This document shows, piece by piece, positions 26,199 through 38,400 of a stretch of 64,000 nt of DNA. This stretch comes from Amoebophrya sp. A120 (taxonomy: Eukaryota; Protista; Dinoflagellata): positions 1 to 64,000 of the forward strand of contig CAJINV010000008.1 of assembly GCA_905178155.1 (NCBI GenBank), written 5' to 3'. Under the pieces are notes generated by a model. It worked only from the letters and a program-made list of their open reading frames with translations, did not search any database and had not been told where the DNA came from. Position 1 is the stretch's first letter. Each line of letters starts with the position of its first letter. Both the position numbers and the translations under genes were made by a program.

Positions 26199-27261
26199 CG
26201 TCTACGCTCCTCAACTCAGTCAAACATGGATAATTCGGACGATTGGCGCTGGTGTTGTGATATGCGAGTCGAGTGACTTTTTTTTATCCGCGTTGCGGAT
26301 TCAAGGGCCAACCGCAAGGATATCTGTGATACTGGGCTGCTTACCATGACATGCACCATACTAGTTTGTTGTATGTGAAATTCAAATTTCGAGACCCCGA
26401 CACATTCCCGGATGATACTCGCCGGCGAAACGTAGTATCTTGGTCACGTTTTCCATAGGAAGACAGAGCTTTTCCGGAAAAATCAATGGGCTGGGATCCT
26501 GTGGTTTTGATTTATTGGTCAACTCAACGACATAATTGTCGTGATGAAGGGAGTGAAGTAGTTGCTTCTTTCATCTTCGTTTCAAGCCAAGAAAGTAGAA
26601 GTAGGAGCCAAAAAACGGAAGCATTGATTTTCCCTACCAAGTCCAGCGTAATACCTCTCTTGTCCAATATCCAAGCAAATTTCCAAGTCAAATCAGCTTA
26701 ATTTTGCGGCCTTCATAGGTTATGTCAAGAATCAAAGTAGATATAGATGATGTAGTTGTATTTATTTTTCTGAACGACACGCCAACACCGGATTTCCAAA
26801 GTCATTGATGAAAAATCTGATTTGTCTGGAGTTTTGCCCACAGGATATATCGACCATCCAGATGTCAGCTTCCAAGTCGATCTCGTTTGTTTCACTGTTC
26901 TCCCAGAATCCGAAAGTATTGTAGAACTTCTTCTCGTCCTCGCCGTCGGTGTGCACCTCTCCCTCTGCAGTTGTTCCTGAGCTTGTTCCACCCGCGCCGC
27001 CTGAAAAGTAGGGAAAGGCGCTGCCCTTTTTCATTCCCTGCTTGTAGAAAGATTTTCCCGTTCCTTTTGCAGGGAAGCTATTGACAAGTAAAGCAGCGCA
27101 CAGCCCCACCGGGAGTGTAAGTCTACGTAGTTCATGAACATTAAATACCAACAAACAGTTGTAGACCAGGCAGAACCTGCAAAGACCTCGAGCTGTCTTC
27201 ATCGCGTTGCCACATGCATGAAGATGAAAATCCACGACTGCAATGCATCTGCATGTCCTGC

Positions 27262-28563
27262 TCAACATGAGCTGTTTTCCTTTTCTCCCTTTTCCTCGCA
27301 CGACAACCTGCGCGACGAGTGCATAATTACCTTGCCTCCTCCAGCAGTGAAACTGGCACTGCGAAGACGAGAAAGTTTTCTCCGATGATAGTGAACATTT
27401 TTCAAACTCATCGCTGTCGTTTGGTGATACCGCATAAGCTCCCTCAGTCGCAACTTCGCGTCGTTCAGTTGCGCATAGTCGAGGTAGTATATTTTTCCAC
27501 CGGTTTCGTACTCACCATTCACGTTGGGCTCTTCCAGCAGGTCATGCAGAACTAGCTTTGTGCACTCCGGGTCCATGGGGCTTTGCGTTGATACGACGCG
27601 AGCGAACACCAGATTGTGCGTCGGGACGCTTTCATACCAGAGTTGTGGCGTATCTTGCGCAGCATCTCCCGCAGCGTCGCGAGGGGACGGCACAGTCGGG
27701 AGGAAATCGAGTGCAGCCGACGAGGTGGAGGAGCAGGCTCCATTTATTGCGGCATTCGTCTCTACTTCTCCTGGCAACAGCGGCAGCTCTATTCCGTCTC
27801 GCTTCAGCTTCGCCGTTGCATTATCATCAACATTTTTAGCCTCCTGTGCGCCACCTATGGATTGGCCCTCGTCCGCTGAGGCTGAGCCGGGCACCCCTGC
27901 TTCTCCTTCTCCCTTGGAAGAAGACGCCGAGCAGGCACCGCCGTGGCCGAACGTAATGTCGCACGGGGAACTACCACCAAGAGCGGGAGGCAGCATGTCA
28001 GTCTTCTGGGTCAGGAAAGGATTATTGGACGCATTGCCGCTTAACATGGGGGGTCGCATGCTTGAAGCGGCGTTTGCAGCCGGTTCGCTGGTCGTGGGAA
28101 CTACCATGCTTGCGACTCCGTCGGTCGAAGATGTGCAGCTCGGTTCTCTAGAGGCGCTTGGTGTAGTAGGCGACGGCGCAGATGAGCAATCCAAGGGCGC
28201 TGCAGGAGGGACCACAGTCGAGATCGAGTTCTCGGAAGTCGTCTGTGCCGAAGTGCTGCGCTCTAGAACAACGCTGCAAGGGATGCCAGGTAGTTTCTCT
28301 GATGTCAAAGACACTTCAACTTCTTCTAGTGCTGCAGCAGCCTCGTTGCCGCCGTTGGTCAGATGCCGATGGAGGTGCGAGGAGGGGAGGTTGGCCGCTT
28401 TCGGAACGGCAGTCGCGGAGAGATCCACTAGCTTCGATTGCGAGCAAGAGCGGAGCGACGCAGAAAGCCCCGACGATGAGGACTTCGCAATAGGTTGGCC
28501 ACTTGTCAGAGTCTTTTTCTCGGAACAATCCGCCAGGGCCGAACTGTCTGTAATCGATATCAT
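27262..28563 (-). CDS. Uncharacterised Ser/Ala/Pro-rich protein or exon with a small globular C-terminal part
   Basis: 433-aa ORF whose composition matches other low-complexity exons in the window; no motif recognised. Confidence 0.55.
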   Translation of the reverse strand: MISITDSSALADCSEKKTLTSGQPIAKSSSSGLSASLRSCSQSKLVDLSATAVPKAANLPSSHLHRHLTNGGNEAAAALEEVEVSLTSEKLPGIPCSVVLERSTSAQTTSENSISTVVPPAAPLDCSSAPSPTTPSASREPSCTSSTDGVASMVVPTTSEPAANAASSMRPPMLSGNASNNPFLTQKTDMLPPALGGSSPCDITFGHGGACSASSSKGEGEAGVPGSASADEGQSIGGAQEAKNVDDNATAKLKRDGIELPLLPGEVETNAAINGACSSTSSAALDFLPTVPSPRDAAGDAAQDTPQLWYESVPTHNLVFARVVSTQSPMDPECTKLVLHDLLEEPNVNGEYETGGKIYYLDYAQLNDAKLRLRELMRYHQTTAMSLKNVHYHRRKLSRLRSASFTAGGGKVIMHSSRRLSCEEKGEKENSSC

Positions 28564-29465
28564 GGAATGAGCTATTCACGTTGACGTCGAGATCGAGAAG
28601 ATATTAGTTCCAAACAGGCTACTAACTAATGATAGCCAATGGGTCTTCTACTCTCCGGCTGCATTTATGCGAATATCGAAGAACAAGTGTAAGTGCATGC
28701 TCGACTAGAAGTGGTCCGACCTGTTGCCTGCGAAGAGCAAGGTTGTTCCTACATTGAAAAAAAAAATGGTTCCTCCACAGCTTTTGAATCACATTTCCAG
28801 TGTCATAAGTGGACTTTATACTCATTCACAATCGCAGCTCTTCAGTTTGTTTCAATGCCACAGACAGATGAAAGGGGAAATTATGCTAATTGAGGACACA
28901 CCAGCTCACACGCCTAGGTTTCAGCAGGGACGAAACAAATATAAGAACAGCGCGCTATTTCTATAAAGGTGTGATCATCGTCTTCTAAGGTTGCTATCAG
29001 TTCTCCTCGTTCACGTTCACTCCTCTTGTTTTTTACTACGTAGGGAAAATACTTGATCTGATCGAATTCCCTTGTCGTTGTCATTCTCACTAGTAACCAA
29101 TAGTTGATGTAAAAACAACCGCTGCCGCTGCAAAGAGAAAGACCGGAAAATACTTTTCAAGAGTTTGTTGGTGGGTGCTGCGAGGAGGCACCCTGAAAGG
29201 CGTGAACAGAAACGCAACAATGCGAGGTAAAGCACTGGGTTTGCTGCTCGTGACCACCACAGGCTTTACACAAATCCTCTTTCCTAATATTTATTTTCAA
29301 GGCGCCAGGTATCGACCCCAAATAAAATCCATCATCAACAGCACGCGCAGTGTTCTTCATTATAATTTCCTTGTGTTGATGATGTACAACTACAGTCGGT
29401 CTACAACTTTCTCTGCCAGACATGAATCCCGAAGTGTATTAAATCCACTTCAATACTCGGACTTG

Positions 29466-30343
29466 TTAGGTCGACGAGCTCTCATCTTCCTGTGGTATAA
29501 GGGTTCGGATCGTCACGGCGTGCCACTTTTTGATTTCCTCGCGTATGGGTTCCTGTACCATGCTATGCATTGCAAAAGTATCGCACTAGAATAAATTGCA
29601 TCACAAATTTTGGCAAAAAGAACAGTGGAATTTGTCATGCTGTTTTACCTTAGGAAGGAGATTCGTCATGCATAAATGCAATTTTTAGTACGACTACGAT
29701 ACTTTTGCACAGGATACATGCGCTCCCGCTGCAAGCGCGACTTGGAGTCGAACGCCCTGGATTCCACCACGATTTCGTAACTGGTGCCGCACCCACCGGA
29801 GCGGTCCGTCACCTGTACATTAACGGTCTCGGTTGGTGGTGACAGCTTCGCGGTGAAGTGTCGTGCGATCAGGTCACGCACGTGCTTTTCATACTCCGGC
29901 CCGGAGGACGGCGTGCTGGACGACGTAGATGACATGGTCCGTCGAGGTGTGCTGTGGTTCCTCGTCGCAAGGCCATGCGTGCTGTGGCACTGCGGCTGCA
30001 CGAAGCTGGTCGTGGTCGTGAAGAAAGACCTTGCAGCTGCACTTTCATTGTCTAAAAATACACAAGGCCGTGCTAGTACTCCACGAAGATGAACAAGTGG
30101 CCGCGCCGAGGAGACGGAACTACTAGCGGAGTAGACCATAGTGCTGGCAACTACAGGTGCAGCACATGCACTCCGGCGCACGGCGACTGATGATAACATT
30201 TGCGTACCACGGCCCTGGTTCCAAGTGCAGGTCGCAAGGGACTGCCGCAGAAGTTGGCTTCCGAGTTGTACAACTGTTCTGGCGGAGGTGGTACTGCGCG
30301 ACGCAAAGCTGCGCCGCTGCGAAACGAGAAACACAGAAGCCAT
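29466..30343 (-). CDS. BolA-family protein (BolA3-like) with probable mitochondrial transit peptide
   Basis: VQVTDRSGGCGTSYEIVVESRAF..KSRLQRERM|VQEPIREEIKKWHAVTIRT after removing element 29564-29716; R/S/T-rich, acid-poor N-terminus. Confidence 0.88.
29564..29716. mobile_element. Introner family C, reverse orientation (153 bp)
   Basis: tatgcattgcaaaagtatcg ... cgatacttttgcacaggata; perfect DR catgc. Confidence 0.95.
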
Positions 30344-32458
30344 GGGTTTTCTTTCGTAGACAATAAATACTACCTATGCAGCCTGTTGTAGTCTTTTTTT
30401 ACATATGCTGTTTTCAGGATAACTGCTGGTTTGGTAAGTAGGTGCATTCAGGAGTACGAGTATCTACCAAGCTCATGAAGCTGCTAAACTGCTGGGAACA
30501 ACTTCGCTCGATGAAGACTTGGGCGGCGAGCATCAAGTAATGAATTTACTCAAACACGGACGACTGTATTCATTGGAAGTGAAGGAAAGCGAACTCATAC
30601 ATATGCACAACATGCGCTTCTTGAGCAATGGAATAGACGTCGTAAGAGCTAGACTTTTCAAATTCAAATAAAAACACAAGCATTGTGAAGTGACAAGCTG
30701 AGGAACAGAATCTTCACAGGCACGACGTTGGAAGGGTCGTGTGCTGTAGCCCGTGCAACAACTACCTAGGGCGTTGGACCACGATGCGCAGCACTTCTAT
30801 TTCTAGCCGCGTTGCTTTAGCTTTGTTTTTATGAATTTTCTTGCTTTTTTTTGTTTTTTTCACGTTTTTGAGTTTGGAAAATGTAGTAAGTCTCTGCCCG
30901 TAATTGTCGTTGTAGGGGACCCCTTCTAGGATAGGGAGCTAGTTCGGCCCATCTGAATACCGAGACAACATCAATAAACGAATGACAAATGATCGGATCG
31001 GCTTCACTCGGGAATCTAGAAAGGGTTGCAGCTGCCGTGTGTGTAAAATTTGTAGCGTTTTTTCATTTATTTTCGCCGTATTTACAACTTCCATAAACCG
31101 CTCGCTGCCCTCCGCTACCCTTCAAGCCGACATCGAATTCAGTCCGATTAATGGATAATGGGCAGCTTTTTATTTTTCGCAGAAACCAAAAAAGGAATAG
31201 CATAGAAAGAATGAAAAGGCTATCAATCGTCCATGGATGGTGCGGAAAACAAAAAAGCCAAAACAAAACGGGTCTTCGATTTGGTGTAGAAGTTCTTGAT
31301 TTCTTGCAAGAAGATATTTTTCGCAGTAGTTGTTGTATGTTCTTGTTGGTACTAGCACAACTATCTGAAATAAATGTTTTGTCCTCGACTTCTAACTTTG
31401 CTCACCGATCTTGGTAGTAAGTTGTTACCAACTCGGCCCTGCTGCTGCTCGCGCAGCTCGTTGGTGATTTTTTTCTACGATCGGAGCATCTCAATAGGGG
31501 TGTGCGCAGTTGTGTGAGTGTCGTGGTCGTAGAAGCAATGAAATCAATTTTTGTAGTGCTAGTGAAGCGAAACAGGTCTTGCAAAGTTCTGTTTACGCTA
31601 TTTCTGGCTTTGTCTGAAAGCTTGTCCTTCTTCTTGCGGCGTGATTCGTCGTATTTCCTAAATGGCATAGGCATTCGCATTTATTTCTAGGAAAAAAAAG
31701 CATTTGCATTTCACACACCACCTCCGCATTGTCTTATTGGAGATTCGAAGCCCCCACCGTACGTACCATGAACGCAACAGCACGTCACGACCAAAAAATT
31801 TGCCGTCAACATCTCCGTCTGCTTCGGCCCCCTTTAAAAAATCTACATTCTTTGTAAAAATTTGGGTAGGAATGCTGTTGACCAAAAACGAGTCCTCCGA
31901 GTGGACGTCGGCTCGCTTGCGGCCAATTACCTGCCAGGTGGACTTCTGAGCGAAGACAGAGAGATTTTCGCTTCATCTTCCAATGAAAGTTGTGAAACCA
32001 GAATACAACAAATGCCCACACATGTGGGAACACGAATATCATAGGTCCAAAAAAAATACCTTGTTCGACGATGGCAAAAAAAGCAACAACAGAGCAGACA
32101 CGGTAGAATAATCGAGGTCGATGAACAAGACAGTCCAAAAATATTGTAAGTAAGTTGTTTTGAGCAGCGAGAATTGATACTAGTATTCCAAAGTATCTCT
32201 TGACTTAGCACCGAGGTATAGTAATATCGCATCCTGTCCGCTCAAATCACCCTCGGCCTTGGTGCAGATTTTAGTATAAACAGATAATTTAGAAGAGATA
32301 CGTTCACTGCGAGGTTCATTTTATTTATTTTTCCAAAATATTTAATATGATCTAAAACTGTCGAGCAAGTAGATGAAATATACAAGCGAGCTCCTGCTAC
32401 TTAGCCAGCTGCGTCATCAAAAGATGACTGCCACGACGTTGACTGCTCGTCAGTATTT

Positions 32459-35400
32459 CTAGTATCCCTCACCGCCGCCCCGATTGTTGTTGTTGTGATT
32501 CCGCCCACCTCCTCGTCCTCCGTAGTTGTTTCTGTTGTTGTTATTGCCGCTTCGGTTATTGTTGTTTCTGTTCCTTCCACCGCCCCCGCCTCCGCCACTT
32601 CCACCACCCTTGCCCTTGCCCTTTGCGCCACCGCGATTGTTATGTCCACCGCCATTATTGCCCCAGTTGTTATGATTGTTGTTCCCGCCACCACCTGCAT
32701 AGCCCTATGCATTGAAAATATGTCTGGAGGTTCTGGAATGTTCGTGCATGGTTTGTTCCGAATGTTGATGAACGAACTGCAAAAATACCCAGCTGACTAT
32801 AGCAATGAGCGCCTGCGTTATGCTTATGCGTATAATCAATGCCACATGTTGTAGTTGACACCCTGCGTTTTTGCAGAAAAAAATGAATACGATGGTGCCC
32901 TTATTTCTTACGTTATCTGTGGACGATCGCAAACTCTCCAGTCTTGTTGTTTTAGACAAGCATGTGCATGACAAAAGGCTTCGCAACCTTCCAGGAAGGC
33001 TCAGACACATTTGCAAATGTGATAAGCCTCCGTGATTTCCGCCACCTCCGCCCCAATTGTTGTTACGGTAATTATTTCCGTTATTTCCCTTTCCGCCTCC
33101 AGTGCCACCCCAATTCCAAGAATTGCTGTACTGCTGTTGATAATTGTTGTTTCCCTTGCCGCCTCCCCCTCCTCCCGGTCCCCAGGAGGAGTTGTTGTTG
33201 CCATGATACTGCTGGTGCATCTGCTGCTGTTGCATGTTGTAGCCCGCCGCTTGCTGGTGACCTTGACTGCCATACTGGTGTCCGCCCATCTGCTGACTCA
33301 TCCAGTTCTGCATCATGTTTTGATTGCTAGTATCACCAGTGCTGCCCATCATCGCACCAGCAGGTCCGCCTCCCATCATGTCGAGTTCGTGCGAAGCCTT
33401 TCTCTGCTGCTGACTAAACGGATTGCCCGGCTGCTGAGCACTAGTACCAGGAGCTGTGGTTGTGCCAGGGCCCGGTGCGCCAGCGCCGAAAAGCTGGGAG
33501 CCAATCGTAGTTGGCTTGTTGTTCATCGGTTCGCCCCAATGGTCCTTGTTCTTCACCTTGTCCTTGTTCCCGCGCATCAAGGAGTCGTTGCTGTTTTTCC
33601 GATCCGCCGGCTGTGCTTGCTTCGGAAGTTGCTGAAGTCCCGGAGTCGGGCCTGGCTGGACCCTGAGTTGTATTTTTTCACAATATTCATTCATGTCATT
33701 CTGTTTTCTCATTCAGCTTCAATATTTCCATGGATGTAGTTAAATCAGTCCTTGTCCTTGATGTGATCGTCTTCATCTTGAATAAACATCGATGCTACTT
33801 GGATGATCATTATCCTCATATTAAGGCAAGCTTGCAACTCCTAGAACATGCAGCGTCACTGAGCAATCAAAAGAACGGATCGGAAGTTTCGCTTGAAAAT
33901 TTATAGATACGCTTTGACTGTCGACGGATTTCCCGATTTATTCTCCACCGCGGAGTTTACTTCATCAATACTGCCCGTCTGTGCGGCTGCCGGAGCTGGT
34001 GGTGCCGTGCGTCCTGTGGGGGTGGTCGCCTCTACTTTTTTGTCTCCAGCACCAGTTGTCGCGGCGACATCCTCGCTCCCCAGTAGGGGCCCGCCGGGCT
34101 TCTTGGATCCTCCACCCGGAACTGCTTTAGCCTTACTGACCGCTTGGGCGACCGGTAGCTGCTCCTGTACTTTATTATGCTCGTCCGGCGACGATGCCGT
34201 GCTGTTCGTCCTTCCCAGCATCGGAGCGGCTGCGGAAACCTTTGCTGTGTGCTTCGGCACGTGCTTCGCGTGCGCAGGCGGCGAAGCCTTCGGGTGTTCC
34301 ACTACTGCAGCTGTCGACGTCGTGCAGGTCGTGATTTTGCCATCCTTATTCAAGTCCGGAGTCGTCAACGGTGGAATATTTTTGTCTACTGGTTGTTTTC
34401 CAACGGAAGATTTCGATTTATCCTCCTCCGGAAGCTTGGTGAGGGTAGAAGAGGTGGCTGGAAGGTTCGAGACAAGTTGTCCACCACCTTTCGCTTGAAT
34501 TTGATTACCCGACTCCGAGTCTGCGCCTGGAAATTTCGCTTTCTCTTTGTTCTCCAACACATCCACAGGTGCCGCAGAAGTACTACCCACTTTAATATTT
34601 TCAGCACCGGTAGAAGAAGTTGTACCAGACTGTAGCTTCTTCTCCGTCAGAGCTGTATTAAGCTTGATGTCCTGCTTCTCGTTTGCATCATCTGTTTTCG
34701 ATGTCACGGCGGGTGAAGCGGCTGCCGTCGCGCCGGCTTTCGCTGCTCTGCTGCTTGGGAGGGGAGCCAAACCTCCTCCAAACGCCATTTTCATGGGCGG
34801 GACCACGTACGCAGCTCGTTGTACAGGATTTACCTGCGGTGTCTGGATGTTCGCCCAGTGCTGTTCTTCGTCCTCGAGTTTCGTAGCATCCGACTTTTCG
34901 GCCATATTACAGGGCTTCGCAAGACTGGAAAGACAAAGGCTACCGCTCTTCGAAGCAGCGGCCGCAGCCATGTTGGTCGTGCCTGCTGGTTTCTTACTCG
35001 CGCTCTTCATCAGCGTTTTGGTCCTCGTTGATGTTCCGAGTAGTTGCTTCGCCTGCTCGCCGTCCTGGGTGGAGGTGGTAGTCGTGCTGTCAAGGGTAAC
35101 TGTAGTAGTTTTCGCTTTTTCATCGTCCTTGTCTGCGGAAGGTTTGTCCTCGATGGTATTCTCGTTACTTCCGGGTTGCTCCGTATGGGTTACGGGCTTC
35201 TTCGGAGGTGGGGGCGTACGAACAGACGCAAAGGCCCCTTGATCATTCTGCTTGTTCGTTGGGGCCCCGCCCGTGCTCGGCTTCGCGCCGAAGACTGCTT
35301 GCTCCTTTGAAGATTCCGCTTTGGCATTTTTCTCGTTGCTCCTGGCGGCAGGGGCAGTGCTCGTTGCACCAGCGCTGGAAATAACCTGAGGGACAGGAAG

Positions 35401-38400
35401 GGGCTCGGGATTCTCGATCACCGTTTTACCGTCAGGGACCAAAGGCGCTTCCGGTTCTTTCGAAGCCGCAGCCGGGGCGATTCGTGTGTCTTTCTTGTCT
35501 TCACCAGTACAACTAGCTGCCCGGGGCGCAGGTCCTGCGGAAGTAGATTGTAGTTCCGCTACAGCAGCAGCCTTTTTCGCCTGCGACTCCACCTGAGCAA
35601 CCGCCTCTGCAGTTCCGACTTCCTTCTTCGCCGCCACGGGTACTGCGAATGGAGCAAGTCCAGTTGCACCACTAGTACTTGGGGACTTTTTCTCTTCTTG
35701 ATGCTGCTTATCTTGGTCCTCTTGGGTTTTCTTGACTACTGGTTGAAGCGCATTTGGCTTTGCTTCTGCAGGCTGTACTCCTTTTTTGGTGATCTCGCTG
35801 TTCAAGGCACTATGAAGTGCAGACGGTGATGGCAGCTTCTGCTTGTCGATCGCACCTGTCTGCAGCAGCTGAGGGCCTTGTTGAACAGGACCCGCTGCCA
35901 TCAGCGGCGCTGGCGCAACTGCTTTTGATCGTTGTCCTCCTTGCAGCACCTGCTCCTTCTGTAGTTTATTCTGTTGTTCGGTTATTTTCGCTGCGTTGAG
36001 ATTCTTGACTGCGGAAGCTGCAACGCACGCTCCAGAAGTCGCTGCGGCACTGACTGTCATCTTCGCAGTGAGTCCGGCTTTATTTTCACCGGGAGCAGGC
36101 GCCGGACCAAAGACAGGTGCAGGTGACGGACCCTCCACGACAGGCGCAGGTGCCGTGGCAACTACCCCAGGAGCGGGAGGCGCCGGAACGACCATTGGAC
36201 CAGCCGCGTTTATTCCAGTCTTGCCTTTTCCGCCAATGCCAATAGACGCGCTAACAAGGTTGACTCTGTTGCCAACGGAAACCAAAGGGCGGGCACTAGT
36301 CGATGCAGCAGGTGCGAGTATGGGTTTTTTTCCTGCGGAGCCGGCGTTTTTGCTCGAGATAAATTGGTCAGAGGAATCGTCGTCGCTCGAAGAAGAACCC
36401 GACGCACTATGCAAAAGAAAAAACCGCAGACGCGGCACTGCGACTTTCATGTTGGAAGAGCTAGAGCACTTCGCTGAAGCTGCATCATCGGGAGCTGCAT
36501 AATTCGAAAAAAATACAGTAGCAGAGAGAGTGACAGCTGCAGTTCTCCTCCTTCACCGGTATAAAAAATGTAAACATGCGGCGCCTTACTGTTGCATGAA
36601 CTCGTTACAGAATCTTGTGGGATCATTACAGAATCCAAAGCAGTTGTAGCAGAACTAGTAGAACTGCCATAATTTTTCTATAACTAGCTCCTGCCCATAT
36701 GCTCATGCGAAGCAGCCGCGGTGCATTGTCCACGGTAATCACAAAGGGTGTTTGCTGCCATATGAGTCGCTACCGGAATTCTCCGCATTCTGTGGCTGTG
36801 GGCCTTGAATCAGAGCCGGAGCTTGTTTTTGTGGCGGTCCTTGTTCGGTGATCGGTGGCTGAGCAGGGATGGTTGCTTTTTGCGCAGCAGGTGCGGTCAC
36901 GCTGTTGTTCTGCCGAGTGCCAACTGCAGCTCGGGGGCCCAGTGGAGCTGCTTTAGCAAACTGTGGCTGGCCAATTCCGCCGGTTTGTTGGCCCCCGCCA
37001 ACCTGGGTCTTGTTCTGGGCCACCTGTTTCTGTGCGCCGGCAGCTTCACCGTCGCTTTCAGACGATGAAATCAAGTCCTCATCGCGGTCGGGATTGTCAT
37101 TTCGCGAGTCCCGGGCACGGTGCGATGTACTAGTTGGCAGGTTGGTGGAATTGCTCACCGCCGGATTATTTTTCGTCTCCTGGTGACCAGTCGAGGACGC
37201 CATTCCAGTATCGGTCTTCCCCGTGGAGCCGCGCCCAACAGGGGACCGCGATTTGTCATTTTGTTTTTGGTTGGTCTTGGCGGCGATTGGGGACCGCCCC
37301 CCTCCCTTTCGTTCGCGGGAGTCGGTGATGATGCGGGCCTTCCGATCGGCGCGCACGGATCGCGCTCGTGTCATCTGCCGCGGCGCATCTAGCCATTGCT
37401 TTCCGCTTCCCTTATTCATCAATGCGCCATCTTTCTTACTTCCCGGGACAAAAGCAGGCCGCTGGATAACGTCCGACCCAGCATCGGATCCCACCTGCTG
37501 TCCGTCTCCATCGCCTTTACTCAGACTGTTTGGGGACCCCCGCAACGTCTGCTGGCACTGCGCTCGGGTCCGCAGCGCTACCGCCCTGGTGCCGAAAGTA
37601 CAGCCATCAGCCCGCTCCTTATCCTTCCGTGCCTGTTGCGCGGCATGATCTTCCGAGGCTGAGCCAGAAGATCCCACTCGTGGCAACACCGGTGGTCCGA
37701 CGTGGGGATTTTGGTACTGCCCGGGCGCACCTCCACTGGCGGCGTTGGATTGGGTCTGTTGCGCAACATCAAGTCCTACATTTGCATCTTGCTGCGAAGC
37801 TGCGGTTGTAGTAGGAGCATGAATAGTACCACCTGTGGAAGTTGTAGCGCTTGTCGCCGGAAAAACGCGACTAGCACCAGCACCGACGGCGCTCTGTTGA
37901 TTCAAGGCAGCTGCTGCGGCGTCCATCGCTGCCTCGGCTTCTTTTCCATCGTCATCTGAGGACGAAGAATCGTCCGAAGACGAAGAACTGGACGACGAGC
38001 TGCCGTTTTCCTGCACTTTCTGTCCGCGGTCCTTGTTGCCTTCATCCGCCCCGACGGGGGCGCGTTCGCCAAAATTTCCCGGTCCTCGCGTTCCTGTGCC
38101 TTCTTTCGGCGATGCCCCACGACTTCTGCTTCCGCTTTCACCGACGGGGCTGTCCTTGGGGGACGACCCTTCGGCCCTGTCTTCTTCCTCGATAACGAAA
38201 GTCCGCACCGGCTTCCCATTTTTGTCGAGCCTGCCGTTGGAATTTTTACGAGGACCAACGTTGTTCCTGTCGGTCCCTGAGCGTCGACCACGACTTGTGC
38301 TCCGTCGTTTCGAACCGCGACCGTGAGAATCACTAGAACGATCACGAGAGAAGGCCGCATCTGGTGCTCGCCGTTGTTCACGCGAGTCCAACCGGGCACC

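Noticed and set aside
27524-28570. Long plus-strand ORFs (also 3421-4190, 48464-49378, 50200-50940, 54456-55487)
   Set aside because: These are antisense shadows of GC3-rich or low-complexity minus-strand genes.
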